Sequence record: MT995927.1
DNA: 64,000 bases
Reading direction: 5' to 3' (one strand)
Position numbers and translations under genes: made by a program. Shown piece after piece: positions 40,561 through 49,976 of this stretch; position 1 is the first letter of the stretch; the number at the start of each line of letters is the position of its first letter. A model generated the notes under the pieces. It was given only the letters and a program-made list of their open reading frames with translations. It searched no databases and was not told the DNA's origin.

Positions 40561-40735
40561 ATACGCACAGTGCAATGATATAGAGCAAGGCAGTTTGCGT
40601 AAAACGCACTGCACTTTAAGGGGGTGATCCAGTCGTAAATAAACCGGGGTACTAAAGTATCGTCAGGAACGACACGAACCCCAACTACGGTGCCTTGCTA
40701 CTCACCGACCTCTAGATAGGGGTCGGACCTATTAC
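40561..40735 (+). ncRNA. candidate structured non-coding RNA, family not recognised
   Basis: ~50% GC non-coding island; 9-bp long-range helix AGCAAGGCA/UGCCUUGCU plus several hairpins; G-U pair favours + strand. Confidence 0.5.
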
Positions 40736-40739
40736 ATTA

Positions 40740-40763
40740 AAGGAGCCCACCAGGGGCTCCTTT
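40740..40763. terminator. hairpin closing the GC-rich island
   Basis: AAGGAGCCC-ACCAG-GGGCTCCTT-TATG. Confidence 0.75.
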
Positions 40764-40777
40764 ATGCCATTCATTAT

Positions 40778-40800
40778 AAATTAATTTAAATCTATATTAC
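40778..40800 (+). promoter_or_regulatory. early promoter (TATATTAC 40793-40800)
   Basis: AAATTAATTTAAATCTATATTAC. Confidence 0.75.
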
Positions 40801-40846
40801 AGGATTACCATAAAGATATTTATCCTTTTATAATGAGGAAAAGATT

Positions 40847-41242
40847 ATGTCCGATATTAATAGCACCAATGTAACAGATGAATTAGTACCTTATTTTCCA
40901 TCGGCGGATGCCATTACTAGTTCTACTATTAGGGATGAAGTAATTCCTAATATTTTGTTATTCTACAAGAATGCTTTTAGTGACTTCCAACACGTTAGTA
41001 ATATCACAGGTACTAACCAGATTGCATCAGGTTATTTACCAGGTGTAGGTTATTATTTCGAGTATAGTGTTACCGGTAATGCTAATCTTATTCCACCTGA
41101 AGCAATTAAAGTATTACGTAATGTAATCACTAAAAATGGATATAAAGATGACATTACCATCACACCAAAAGGTTTTGGCCTAATCAATTGGTTCATTGTA
41201 AGAGTATACGTAGATGAGCAAATTAAGAAGACTACTCAATAA
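40847..41242 (+). CDS. hypothetical early protein
   Basis: first ORF after early promoter, SD GAGG. Confidence 0.7.
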   Translation: MSDINSTNVTDELVPYFPSADAITSSTIRDEVIPNILLFYKNAFSDFQHVSNITGTNQIASGYLPGVGYYFEYSVTGNANLIPPEAIKVLRNVITKNGYKDDITITPKGFGLINWFIVRVYVDEQIKKTTQ

Positions 41243-41390
41243 AGAATTAGAAAAAGAGTTAGTTAAAAAACTAGATTTTCTAGAACGTGATTTTAGAGCT
41301 ATAAAAGAAGTTATCAAAACTGGAAAATATCCTGATCCTGTTAATCCGAATCGCAGACAAAGTGATTATGATTTATCTTTTAATAATTAA
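41214..41390 (+). CDS. small hypothetical protein (58 aa, MSKLRRLLNKELEKE...)
   Basis: own translation; fills operon gap; below ORF-track cutoff. Confidence 0.5.
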   Translation: MSKLRRLLNKELEKELVKKLDFLERDFRAIKEVIKTGKYPDPVNPNRRQSDYDLSFNN

Positions 41391-41406
41391 CCTATAAGAG
41401 GATGCT

Positions 41407-41808
41407 ATGGAAATCACATTTCCATCTGTAAAAGAAGTAATGACAACTGATCCAGCATTTATTGATTTGGTTCTGAAAAGTAAATTACTTACTATCCGTA
41501 AAGCAATGATTGATGTTATTCGAAATATTGAGAATACATCACTAGCATCTAGTAGGCTTGTTAAACAGAAAAGCTATCCATATCAAACTACTTTCGAACT
41601 TGTATTTAACCCAAAGGTTTTTAAATGGTTTGATAAAACAGATGCTATCAATATTAAAAATATTCTTCATGCTGAAGTAGTTAACCAGGATTGGGAGAGT
41701 ATTGATATTTCTTATAATGGTAGGGATATACATGGTTTTGAAAAAGTGACTATTGTATTAACTCCTATGAAAGATGAAGCTATTAAATATGATCTTTCAA
41801 AAGCATGA
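41407..41808 (+). CDS. hypothetical protein
   Basis: SD GAGG; hairpin at 41825-41846 follows. Confidence 0.7.
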   Translation: MEITFPSVKEVMTTDPAFIDLVLKSKLLTIRKAMIDVIRNIENTSLASSRLVKQKSYPYQTTFELVFNPKVFKWFDKTDAINIKNILHAEVVNQDWESIDISYNGRDIHGFEKVTIVLTPMKDEAIKYDLSKA

Positions 41809-42050
41809 ATTAAGATAACATATACCCTCCCCTTTATTGGGGAGGGATTATTTACTTATATGTTTAATAGAATAAGGACTCTACCTTGGAATAATGCTAA
41901 TGCTCTTCACCAGAGAAAAGAGATATATAGATAGACGTATTACACATTATCAGGTTGAGTAGTAAATTAAAACAACCAATAATACGTTATTCAATATTGA
42001 AATAGTTGTTATAAAACATTTATATTAATCTAATACAGGAAATAAAGAAA

Positions 42051-42761
42051 ATGGGTGATTATGTATATTTAGAAACTCAAGCTAAAGTAAATAATGAATG
42101 GATTGGTATCGAAGATATTGAACTAACACAGAATTATGATCTTTATGCATATCTACTTGATATTCGCAATTATTGGGATGTAAAACCATTTGCTTACCAT
42201 AATGGTGTTCCTGATGATCTGAAAAAGAAACCAGAATGGTGGAGTAGTTATGATGATGATCCACGCTGTGATGCATGGATTAGTGGTGAAGCTATTCTAA
42301 AAGGTATGAGTGAGCTTAAACCAGTTACTAAAACAGTATATATGAGTCTATATACTTATATGTCCTGGGATCGTATGTCAGAACCAGATTGCTATTCACG
42401 GTATAGCCCACGTCTTGTAACAGATGAACCAAAAATTAATAAAATCTCTCAAAAACAATTACAGTATTATAAGAATTTAACTGAAAGTTTTTATTCTCTA
42501 AACCTTAAAGCTAATTATGATTGGAAGGTTATCGACGGTCGGTTACAACGAGTCGGGCCTAAATGTGGTAAGAATCACCTACGTAATCTACGTCGAGTAT
42601 CGCGTTATCTATCTTTCTGCAATGTTCCTAATGAACCTATCAAAGTAACTTATACACTCACGGCTGATCAACAGCGAAAAGAATTTAAACCTTTTATTTA
42701 TCAAGTCCGAAATGCCGTTCTTAAGTACGGTGATATCCGTCTTCTAATGAGGGTTAGATAA
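42051..42761 (+). CDS. hypothetical protein
   Basis: 236 aa ORF, QNYDLYAYL..GVPDDL. Confidence 0.7.
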   Translation: MGDYVYLETQAKVNNEWIGIEDIELTQNYDLYAYLLDIRNYWDVKPFAYHNGVPDDLKKKPEWWSSYDDDPRCDAWISGEAILKGMSELKPVTKTVYMSLYTYMSWDRMSEPDCYSRYSPRLVTDEPKINKISQKQLQYYKNLTESFYSLNLKANYDWKVIDGRLQRVGPKCGKNHLRNLRRVSRYLSFCNVPNEPIKVTYTLTADQQRKEFKPFIYQVRNAVLKYGDIRLLMRVR

Positions 42762-43414
42762 TGGCAATGACAGCTATTGTCGGTAGTCGCTATGCCCCTA
42801 CATGGGCCCTAGAATTGATGATACGCGCAGGAAGAACATTTGTTGATCTAGGTATAGGTATTTCATCAGGCGATGCATATGGATCAGATAGAGCTGGTTG
42901 GTATGGTGCAATTCAGTCTGATAAATGGGATACAGTAGAAAGTCGTATTTACATTATTCGAAATGGATTTCTTGGAAGACGAATTGAGAATCTAGCGTGG
43001 TTTCATGATGCCTCCGTATATACTGATACCATTCCCACAGCTATGGCAATGGCCTGTGCAGCTCGGGGAAGTTTCAATGGTTTAGGTAGAACAGGTATTG
43101 AACTACATACTCGTAATGTATTTCAAATTCATGGCCATACTTTACGTGAACCTGTTTCAACTATTATTGCATACGGTGAACAAAAGACACCAACCTCTGT
43201 AATTAGTGGTGGTACTAATACAGCGTGGCAGTTGGCATTAGATGCAAATGTGCCAACTATGTATAACCTATACTGGTCCGATGATGTAAAGAGACTAGAA
43301 GAATGGTTAAATAAAAATGAATCTGATGAGCCATATATGCCAATTGATTGGTCTGAAATCTTAGATCCTAGAGATAGCCGTCTACCTGAATTGATGGATG
43401 AATATAATAATTAA
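42761..43414 (+). CDS. DprA/SMF-like SLOG-fold protein
   Basis: AIVGSR, ISSGDAYGSDRAG, SGGTNTA. Confidence 0.7.
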   Translation: MAMTAIVGSRYAPTWALELMIRAGRTFVDLGIGISSGDAYGSDRAGWYGAIQSDKWDTVESRIYIIRNGFLGRRIENLAWFHDASVYTDTIPTAMAMACAARGSFNGLGRTGIELHTRNVFQIHGHTLREPVSTIIAYGEQKTPTSVISGGTNTAWQLALDANVPTMYNLYWSDDVKRLEEWLNKNESDEPYMPIDWSEILDPRDSRLPELMDEYNN

Positions 43415-43448
43415 TTTTCTCAAATGAATTAGTTATAATAGCCAAAAT

Positions 43449-43474
43449 AAACCCTCCTCTTAGTAGGAGGGTTT
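43449..43474 (+). terminator. hairpin
   Basis: AAACCCTCCT-CTTAGT-AGGAGGGTTT. Confidence 0.75.
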
Positions 43475-43517
43475 ATATCGTCTCAAATTAGATTATCAAT
43501 TAGAAAAGGAACATCAA

Positions 43518-44618
43518 ATGAATTATCGTAATAGCAAACTTACGTTAGTCCAGCAGAAGTGGATTGATCGTTTTATCTCCATTGCTATGGAGGTTGATAA
43601 TGGCCGTGCAATTTCCAATGCATATCGCTATACTCTTAATGAACAGGGAATTAGTTCAGATAGTGAAGATCTACGTATTCACTATCCTTTTGGAGTTGAT
43701 AGAAAAGAATTCATCAAAGAACAAATTTACAAACTATGTGATGAAGTTATAAGCCCTTTAAATCTGAAAGCATTCAGAATTAGTGGTGGTTTTGCATTAC
43801 TAGATGATGAAGGAATCATTGGTTTCCTAATGAATGGAATGGAAGGTACCACTAGTCAGAACTTTAGATTATACTCCAATGAAGAACTGATCAAAGTATT
43901 TAAATTACGTTTTGAAGAAGTATTTGATCAGACTCGTCCACCTAGTATTAAAAGAATTCGGGTTAACTATCAAAATAATGAACTATATAGCTTTAGTGAA
44001 GTTATTTCTGTTCGTAACTACAATCCAAATATGATGGAAATGTATCCATTCCTAGATCGATCTCCAGCTGAAATCTGGACTGAATTCGCTGCATCTGAAT
44101 CTAATGTTCTACTATTGATTGGTCCTCCTGGTACTGGTAAGTCTAATTATATCAATGAAATTATTCGGGCTCGTGGTTATAATGATCGTAATGTGTATCT
44201 AGCTGATCAAGATGATGTACTTGGCCACGCCGGTTTGACTAATTTTATTCGTGGTGTTGAGGATAATTCACTCATTATTACAGAAGACTCTGATAAAATG
44301 GTGGCTAAACGTGTAGATGGTAATAGTAATATGTCAGGGCTATTAAATGCTACAGCTGGTCTAGTATCTACTAAGACCAAGATTATCATTTCTACTAATC
44401 TTCCGACTCTTCGTGATGTTGATGAAGCTTTAGTTCGACCTGGCCGTGCTTTCGATATTCTTACCTTCAAAACACTTACTGCTGAACAAGCGAATGCAGC
44501 TCGTTTAGCTAATGGTCTAGATCCAGTTGAGTTTGTCGGTAATAATCTTACTTTAGCTGAAGCATTGAATACTAGTTCTTGCAGTAGCCCACGCAAAGCA
44601 AGTCGTGTAGGTTTCTAA
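43518..44618 (+). CDS. AAA+ ATPase
   Basis: LLIGPPGTGKS (Walker A), LIITEDSD (Walker B), STN, DEALVRPGR. Confidence 0.85.
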   Translation: MNYRNSKLTLVQQKWIDRFISIAMEVDNGRAISNAYRYTLNEQGISSDSEDLRIHYPFGVDRKEFIKEQIYKLCDEVISPLNLKAFRISGGFALLDDEGIIGFLMNGMEGTTSQNFRLYSNEELIKVFKLRFEEVFDQTRPPSIKRIRVNYQNNELYSFSEVISVRNYNPNMMEMYPFLDRSPAEIWTEFAASESNVLLLIGPPGTGKSNYINEIIRARGYNDRNVYLADQDDVLGHAGLTNFIRGVEDNSLIITEDSDKMVAKRVDGNSNMSGLLNATAGLVSTKTKIIISTNLPTLRDVDEALVRPGRAFDILTFKTLTAEQANAARLANGLDPVEFVGNNLTLAEALNTSSCSSPRKASRVGF

Positions 44619-44725
44619 GGAAAAGTAAGCTGCTTTTAAACTAGCGAAGAAACATGAATTCCAACGTGTTATTTATAATCCTGATGACCTTAAAGTAAAG
44701 CATTATTTCACATACGGAGATCAGC

Positions 44726-45328
44726 ATGCAGCGCAATAATGACCCGCAGCAAGTAATCATGTCGATTGAGATGTACAATAGCCTACTGGCTATGGCTAAT
44801 GATTCACCTCATTACACGACAAAACTTATCCAACGTCACGTGCGAAAGATGAATCCTTTTTTACAACCTGCACATCTAAAGAATGTCAGAACTAAGGAAG
44901 CTATTCGGTCCCAACGTATTCGTGAAGCTCGGGCTTTCTTCGAAGCCAATCATAGAAAAATTCTGTACGCAAAGGTTGATATGGGTAACTGTAAAAAAGG
45001 AGATGATCCGGTTTACTTCCCATGCATATCTGAACGTATTGCCAAGAATAGACAACTAATCCAAGTTCGTCATGCCAATGAAGTTAGTTATGGACGGTGC
45101 ATCCGGTTGGTAGAGGCTAAATATCTCACAACCATTATTCCTGATGGATATATCCAAGGAACTGGGCCGTATAAAAAATATCTTGTTAAAGAGAATGGTC
45201 CTTACGATATCCGTGAACAAGAAGAAAAACGTAAACAAGCTTTTTCGAGTGAGATAGCTAAGAAGTTTGAGTTCAAACATGATTCTTACGATATGGATAA
45301 TCTCAAAAAGAATTATTATACACAATGA
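44726..45328 (+). CDS. basic hypothetical protein
   Basis: 200 aa ORF. Confidence 0.65.
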   Translation: MQRNNDPQQVIMSIEMYNSLLAMANDSPHYTTKLIQRHVRKMNPFLQPAHLKNVRTKEAIRSQRIREARAFFEANHRKILYAKVDMGNCKKGDDPVYFPCISERIAKNRQLIQVRHANEVSYGRCIRLVEAKYLTTIIPDGYIQGTGPYKKYLVKENGPYDIREQEEKRKQAFSSEIAKKFEFKHDSYDMDNLKKNYYTQ

Positions 45329-45419
45329 GATTAGTATAAATGGACATTAGTTTATCTCCAGTATGAGTATTCCAACTTCTTAAATATTACTAAAGAGCAG
45401 ACTATGAATATATCAGTGT

Positions 45420-45788
45420 TTGCTCTTTGGAGGTAATTACTCTGGAGCATCTAATATGTGTGCAATTCCTGTAATACCTGTATCAAATGACATCACTGTT
45501 ATTAAGCCAGGTGATACAGTTTGGTCAACAGGTGTTCTCGGTATGAAAGCATCCTGTGAGCATCCACCAGCGCTATTCTGTATACGGGGTGATGAACTTG
45601 AAGTTCTAGAAATTAGCCCTCCCACGGAATATGAGAAAAAAGCAATGTATAAGTGCCGCTTAAAAAGAGGCACTGGTCATTTCTGGATCTATCGTAGTGG
45701 GTTTACTAAAATAAAGCCATTTAATCACAATATGACTGGTTATGAGTTTTGGGATGGTGAGAAAATTAGAGAATATGGTGGGCATTAG
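45420..45788 (+). CDS. hypothetical protein (start uncertain)
   Basis: ORF in operon; downstream ATG after GGAG possible. Confidence 0.55.
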   Translation: MLFGGNYSGASNMCAIPVIPVSNDITVIKPGDTVWSTGVLGMKASCEHPPALFCIRGDELEVLEISPPTEYEKKAMYKCRLKRGTGHFWIYRSGFTKIKPFNHNMTGYEFWDGEKIREYGGH

Positions 45789-45799
45789 AGTAAAAGAAA

Positions 45800-45925
45800 A
45801 TGGCTAGCGAAAATAATAAATCAGACATGCAACATGAACAAGAAGAACCACCCATATTCAAAATGCTTTTTCTAAGTGCAGTTATAGGTGGATCATTATG
45901 GGAAATAATTAGACAGTGGTTTTAG
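45800..45925 (+). CDS. 41-aa membrane peptide (MASENN...LFLSAVIGGSLWEIIRQWF)
   Basis: own translation; hydrophobic segment; below cutoff. Confidence 0.45.
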   Translation: MASENNKSDMQHEQEEPPIFKMLFLSAVIGGSLWEIIRQWF

Positions 45926-45959
45926 CCACTGTCTTTATAATGTATTTTGAGTTATAAAA

Positions 45960-46124
45960 ATGTCCATAGAAAAAGCCTATTCCAATTTAATAGCTTCAAT
46001 TAAAACAGTTAGAAAACATTTTCCTAAATTAATTCAAGAGAAGAATTTAGATGAGGAATTACGACGGGAGTTTACGACTCCTATTCAATTCGACCCGACT
46101 AAGAAATCGGGAAACTCCTTTTGA
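45960..46124 (+). CDS. 54-aa hypothetical protein (MSIEKAYSNL...)
   Basis: own translation; overlaps the track's extended start of the next ORF. Confidence 0.45.
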   Translation: MSIEKAYSNLIASIKTVRKHFPKLIQEKNLDEELRREFTTPIQFDPTKKSGNSF

Positions 46125-46140
46125 TAACGAACAGTCAGAA

Positions 46141-46308
46141 ATGGATAAGTTAAAACCAATCGATGACTTTTGGAAAACTAAAACAATTAAACCATCAGAT
46201 GCTTATTTAGAAAGAAAGAATGAGCAACTAAAGATGATTAATCCGCATAAAGTTTATAATCCATTCAATGAAAAAGATACGGTATTAAAACCTATTTCTA
46301 AATTATAA
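46141..46308 (+). CDS. small hypothetical protein
   Basis: ATG 46141 preferred over 46051. Confidence 0.45.
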   Translation: MDKLKPIDDFWKTKTIKPSDAYLERKNEQLKMINPHKVYNPFNEKDTVLKPISKL

Positions 46309-46320
46309 AAAGGATTTACT

Positions 46321-46740
46321 ATGAAACAAGATCATCAATTCTGGCATGATAAACCATTTTCAGAAAATGAAGTTAGGAAGAAACTTGGCGGATCGTCATT
46401 ATCCAAACTAAGTACAGAACAGATTTTAGAAGAGTGGCGAACAGAACATATTGAACGTAATACTCCTTTAAGTAAAAGGCTATATGACATTCGTAATAAA
46501 GCCATCAATGATTACTCACTTACTGATAATCAACAAGTTAATAATTTGTTGCAATGTGCAGTGGATCAAGTCTTAGCAGATGTGATCATTATGTTAGATG
46601 GTTCAGTGCCACATAAGCAATTTCAAATTTCTGAATATGAAATTGAAATGGACAGTAAGGAATTATCGATTAAAGAACATACTCGTCCAATAACTGAAGA
46701 TCTACTAAAAAATTATTTTGAATTGGTGAATGGCAAATGA
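46321..46740 (+). CDS. hypothetical protein
   Basis: 139 aa ORF. Confidence 0.65.
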   Translation: MKQDHQFWHDKPFSENEVRKKLGGSSLSKLSTEQILEEWRTEHIERNTPLSKRLYDIRNKAINDYSLTDNQQVNNLLQCAVDQVLADVIIMLDGSVPHKQFQISEYEIEMDSKELSIKEHTRPITEDLLKNYFELVNGK

Positions 46741-47081
46741 CTGAACGTATTCATTACTCAGATCGTAAGTTACCGCTGTGTTTTAAAGGTGTTTATGACA
46801 TTCCAGTTGTAACCATCGAAAACTATTGTAAGTGGTATGGTCTTAATATTGTCTATCCAGATGGGCGTGTTGAATGGGTTGACACTGATTTACTTGCTGA
46901 AATAGAACGGGAAAGCAAGTTCGCAGTAATGGGTGATCACAACTATCATCCAATTCTGCTGGACAAAGTAGCTGAGAAGATTGGCGGGGCGGCATGTGAT
47001 GTTGCACGTGAGTTGATGACTGGCCGTTGGGTACTAGAGGTTATGGACGGTGAAATCCCTGGTCAAGAAAAATTCTGTTAA
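46737..47081 (+). CDS. hypothetical protein
   Basis: ATGA-coupled ORF. Confidence 0.7.
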   Translation: MTERIHYSDRKLPLCFKGVYDIPVVTIENYCKWYGLNIVYPDGRVEWVDTDLLAEIERESKFAVMGDHNYHPILLDKVAEKIGGAACDVARELMTGRWVLEVMDGEIPGQEKFC

Positions 47082-47634
47082 ATGGATGATTAAAATGGGT
47101 ATTGATGTTTTCCCTGTAGTTACCAAACGTTCCACACGTTCTTCAGATGGTGCACGTGTACTTAAATTCATTGACATGCATACATGCGAGGCTCTTAACT
47201 TTAGCCGTTGCTATTATCTTTGGGATTGGTTAACCGATAATAATGAGTATACCAACCGATTCTGTCGACCGACTCTTAAAGGCTGTGGATTTGGTACACT
47301 CGTCAGTGATGACTCGCATCCAGTATGGAACAACTTTGAAGGTCGCCTTTCACAAATTGTCAATTCCAAACAGGACAATCTAACACCGTACGCCTATTAT
47401 AGTGAAGATGGTTGGTACCCACTTACAATGATCTTCAATATGGAAGACCTCTGGAACTTCGATTATGATCAGAAGCCAACGATGTTCGATCAAGATGTTA
47501 ATGGTGAAGTCATTTCGGAAAAAACCTATCGCCAGCTATTTTTGAGCAATGGTGTGGATGATGGTTATTTCAAGTTCCTGGAAGAAACTAAAAAGATGGA
47601 GTGTGTTCACTTCATCGCCCGATTCTGGGGATGA
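47050..47634 (+). CDS. hypothetical protein (true start probably slightly downstream)
   Basis: long ORF in operon. Confidence 0.65.
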   Translation: MKSLVKKNSVKWMIKMGIDVFPVVTKRSTRSSDGARVLKFIDMHTCEALNFSRCYYLWDWLTDNNEYTNRFCRPTLKGCGFGTLVSDDSHPVWNNFEGRLSQIVNSKQDNLTPYAYYSEDGWYPLTMIFNMEDLWNFDYDQKPTMFDQDVNGEVISEKTYRQLFLSNGVDDGYFKFLEETKKMECVHFIARFWG

Positions 47635-47657
47635 TTACTTAACAGGAAAAGTTAAAA

Positions 47658-48227
47658 ATGGCTATTCTATCTGATAAAACAATCACTGACTTATCTAAAG
47701 GTCGTGAACCAATGATTACGGATTTCATTGGTCACCAGGTCCGTGAAAAAGATGGTAAAAAGATTATTAGTTATGGGCTTAGTTCATATGGGTACGATGT
47801 AAGGCTAGCCCGTAATTTTAAGATCTTTTCTAATGTAACAAGTGCAGTTATTGACCCATTAGACCCTAGTGATGGATTCTTAGTAGATTGGACTGGTGAT
47901 TATTGTATTATTCCACCTAACAGTTATATTCTTGGTCATACTGTAGAATCGTTTAATATTCCAGATGATGTCCTAGCTATTTGCACAGGTAAATCAACCT
48001 ATGCACGACTAGGTGCAATTGTTAATGTCACTCCTATTGAACCAGGTTTCAAAGGACAAGTCGTTATTGAGATTGCAAACTGCACTACACTACCTCTAAA
48101 AATTTATGCTGATATGGGTATTGCTCAGTTTATGTTCTTTAGAGGTGATGCCCCATGTGAAGTTAGTTATGCAAAACGTAATGGTAAATATCAAAATCAA
48201 ATTGGTATCACAACAGCGAGACTTTAA
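47658..48227 (+). CDS. dcd: dCTP deaminase
   Basis: ISYGLSSYGYDVRL, GKSTYARLG, IEPGFKGQVVIEI, IAQFMF, YQNQ. Confidence 0.95.
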   Translation: MAILSDKTITDLSKGREPMITDFIGHQVREKDGKKIISYGLSSYGYDVRLARNFKIFSNVTSAVIDPLDPSDGFLVDWTGDYCIIPPNSYILGHTVESFNIPDDVLAICTGKSTYARLGAIVNVTPIEPGFKGQVVIEIANCTTLPLKIYADMGIAQFMFFRGDAPCEVSYAKRNGKYQNQIGITTARL

Positions 48228-48229
48228 TA

Positions 48230-48466
48230 ATGATTAGTCCTAACCAAGAAAAGTTTGTCAGTCGGCTAACTGAAATTACAAAGGCATCTGATTCAGAACT
48301 TTGTGCAGTTAATGATACAATCTCATTTGATATTTCAACTGATAACATGCATGCTGAATTCTTTAATTTGGTTGCTGAACTGCATTTTAAGATTGTTCAT
48401 ATGTTTCCAATTAACCAATATAACACTCGTTATCGGGTTGTTATTCATGAACCATTCTATCTATGA
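48230..48466 (+). CDS. hypothetical protein
   Basis: 78 aa ORF. Confidence 0.6.
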   Translation: MISPNQEKFVSRLTEITKASDSELCAVNDTISFDISTDNMHAEFFNLVAELHFKIVHMFPINQYNTRYRVVIHEPFYL

Positions 48467-48497
48467 TTGACCAACATAGTGGTTTATACATTTAAAG

Positions 48498-48517
48498 CAT
48501 TTTAAACAGTATATCAC
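48498..48517 (+). promoter_or_regulatory. early-promoter variant (TATATCAC 48510-48517)
   Basis: TTTAAACAGTATATCAC upstream of ORF with SD AGGAG. Confidence 0.5.
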
Positions 48518-48556
48518 AAATGTGATATAATCAACATATATAGGAGATTCTAATAC

Positions 48557-49033
48557 ATGTCACGCAATACTATTTCTTCCTGGAGTGAACTTGGTTCAAT
48601 GCTGGGTGTACAGCCGAAGCCGGTTCAGAAGAAACAGAAAAATCGAGCTAAAAAGAATCATGAAGCTGCGGTTCGTAAAAATTCTAGGGAAACCTTTATG
48701 GACATTGCTGCAAAACAAACTAAATCAAGTCCTAACTTCCGTAAGAACAAACAAAAAGATGTTCGTCATTGCAGTGTATGTGATAATATTAAACTAAAAG
48801 AAAATGGTATCGAAGAAGGGCGGGCCAAACCAATTGGTATGACCGAATTAGCTAAGTTCAAAGTTGAGCTAGCAAAAAATGGTCTTGAGCTATTCGGTTG
48901 TGAAGTACGTAAGCAAGAATCTTTTGCAGATGCATTTTATGGTAATAATACCATTTGTGAAGAAACTGCAAAGCTGATTAAAGCATACCAGGAAGAGTTT
49001 GATTCAGTCTTCCGTCGCGCTATTACTGCCTAA
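48557..49033 (+). CDS. basic hypothetical protein
   Basis: K-rich, CxxC; hairpin 49040-49059 follows. Confidence 0.7.
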   Translation: MSRNTISSWSELGSMLGVQPKPVQKKQKNRAKKNHEAAVRKNSRETFMDIAAKQTKSSPNFRKNKQKDVRHCSVCDNIKLKENGIEEGRAKPIGMTELAKFKVELAKNGLELFGCEVRKQESFADAFYGNNTICEETAKLIKAYQEEFDSVFRRAITA

Positions 49034-49090
49034 CGATATAGGGGACCTTCTGGTCCCCTTAGTCATTATTATTTTTTTTGGATTTTAGCT

Positions 49091-49282
49091 ATGGATGATA
49101 TTGAAAAGAAAATAGCCAAAATGGAAGCTCTATTTAGGTACCATGGTATTACCGTTGATATTAACCATAAGTTGAAACCTAATGCTAAGACAAAATTAAC
49201 TCGTGCGGAAATTAACCGATTACAAATACAATATGATAAGCTTTTAGCTGAACGCGAAGAAGCTTTAAAAGCAATTCCTTAA
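49091..49282 (+). CDS. small hypothetical protein
   Basis: 63 aa ORF. Confidence 0.55.
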   Translation: MDDIEKKIAKMEALFRYHGITVDINHKLKPNAKTKLTRAEINRLQIQYDKLLAEREEALKAIP

Positions 49283-49286
49283 ATTA

Positions 49287-49517
49287 TTGAGGATTTATAA
49301 AATGTTCAAGCGCGTTATGAGATATATTCGTGTTTTGAAATTAATTGTTATTTTCTATGTTAGGCGACAACTGGGTTTACACGATTATTGTACACGAAAA
49401 AATACAATTGCATTAGATCGTGAAAATAATAAACGTGTTCAAATAAATGCTATTTCTCGTAAAGTCGAAGAAGCATTATTTAAAGTTGAACTAGTTGCGA
49501 TAATGAGTAAGCGGTAA
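49287..49517 (+). CDS. small hypothetical protein
   Basis: ORF before hairpin 49529-49550. Confidence 0.55.
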   Translation: MRIYKMFKRVMRYIRVLKLIVIFYVRRQLGLHDYCTRKNTIALDRENNKRVQINAISRKVEEALFKVELVAIMSKR

Positions 49518-49528
49518 TGTTGTCATAA

Positions 49529-49550
49529 AGCCCTCCCTTCGGGGAGGGCT
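49529..49550 (+). terminator. hairpin
   Basis: AGCCCTCCC-TTCG-GGGAGGGCT. Confidence 0.8.
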
Positions 49551-49557
49551 ATTGCAC

Positions 49558-49583
49558 TAAATTTTATTTGAGATCTACATTAT
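49558..49583 (+). promoter_or_regulatory. early-promoter variant (TACATTAT 49576-49583)
   Basis: AAATTTTATTTGAGATCTACATTAT, same upstream context as other copies. Confidence 0.55.
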
Positions 49584-49627
49584 AGATTAGCATATACTAA
49601 TGGAAACATCTACATGAGGTAATTATC

Positions 49628-49927
49628 GTGAACGAAGCTATTATTTCACTGGACCGCAGAGGAGCCCATCATTTAGGATCTCGCGGTTATCCAATTAGAT
49701 CAATTGGAGATGTTACAGTATTTGATTTGAATCATAATCAACTATATCCCAAAATCCATTCTCTTAAAGATCAAAATCATGATGGATGGCACTCCATTAG
49801 TGTTGATGATGAAAATGGAGTAACAGCGTATACGTTTGTTTTGAATATGGATCTTAATCTAGGATGGCTAAGACCTAAGCAGCCTAATGTTGGTGGTGGA
49901 TATATCAAAATCAAATTTGAACAATAA
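49628..49927 (+). CDS. hypothetical protein
   Basis: GTG start after GAGG. Confidence 0.65.
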   Translation: MNEAIISLDRRGAHHLGSRGYPIRSIGDVTVFDLNHNQLYPKIHSLKDQNHDGWHSISVDDENGVTAYTFVLNMDLNLGWLRPKQPNVGGGYIKIKFEQ

Positions 49928-49976
49928 GCGGTGTGTACACCGCTTTTATTCCGTGTTTATACTCAAAAGGTAATTT

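Noticed and set aside
40561-40735. tRNA, tmRNA or twister-sister identity for the GC-rich island
   Set aside because: No cloverleaf or TTC-GA T-loop, no CCA end or tag ORF; GCAAGGC is fully paired here and motif order does not fit twister-sister
41860-42010. Possible decayed gene (MFNRIRTLPW... then a shifted frame)
   Set aside because: Fragments too short to separate from chance in AT-rich DNA
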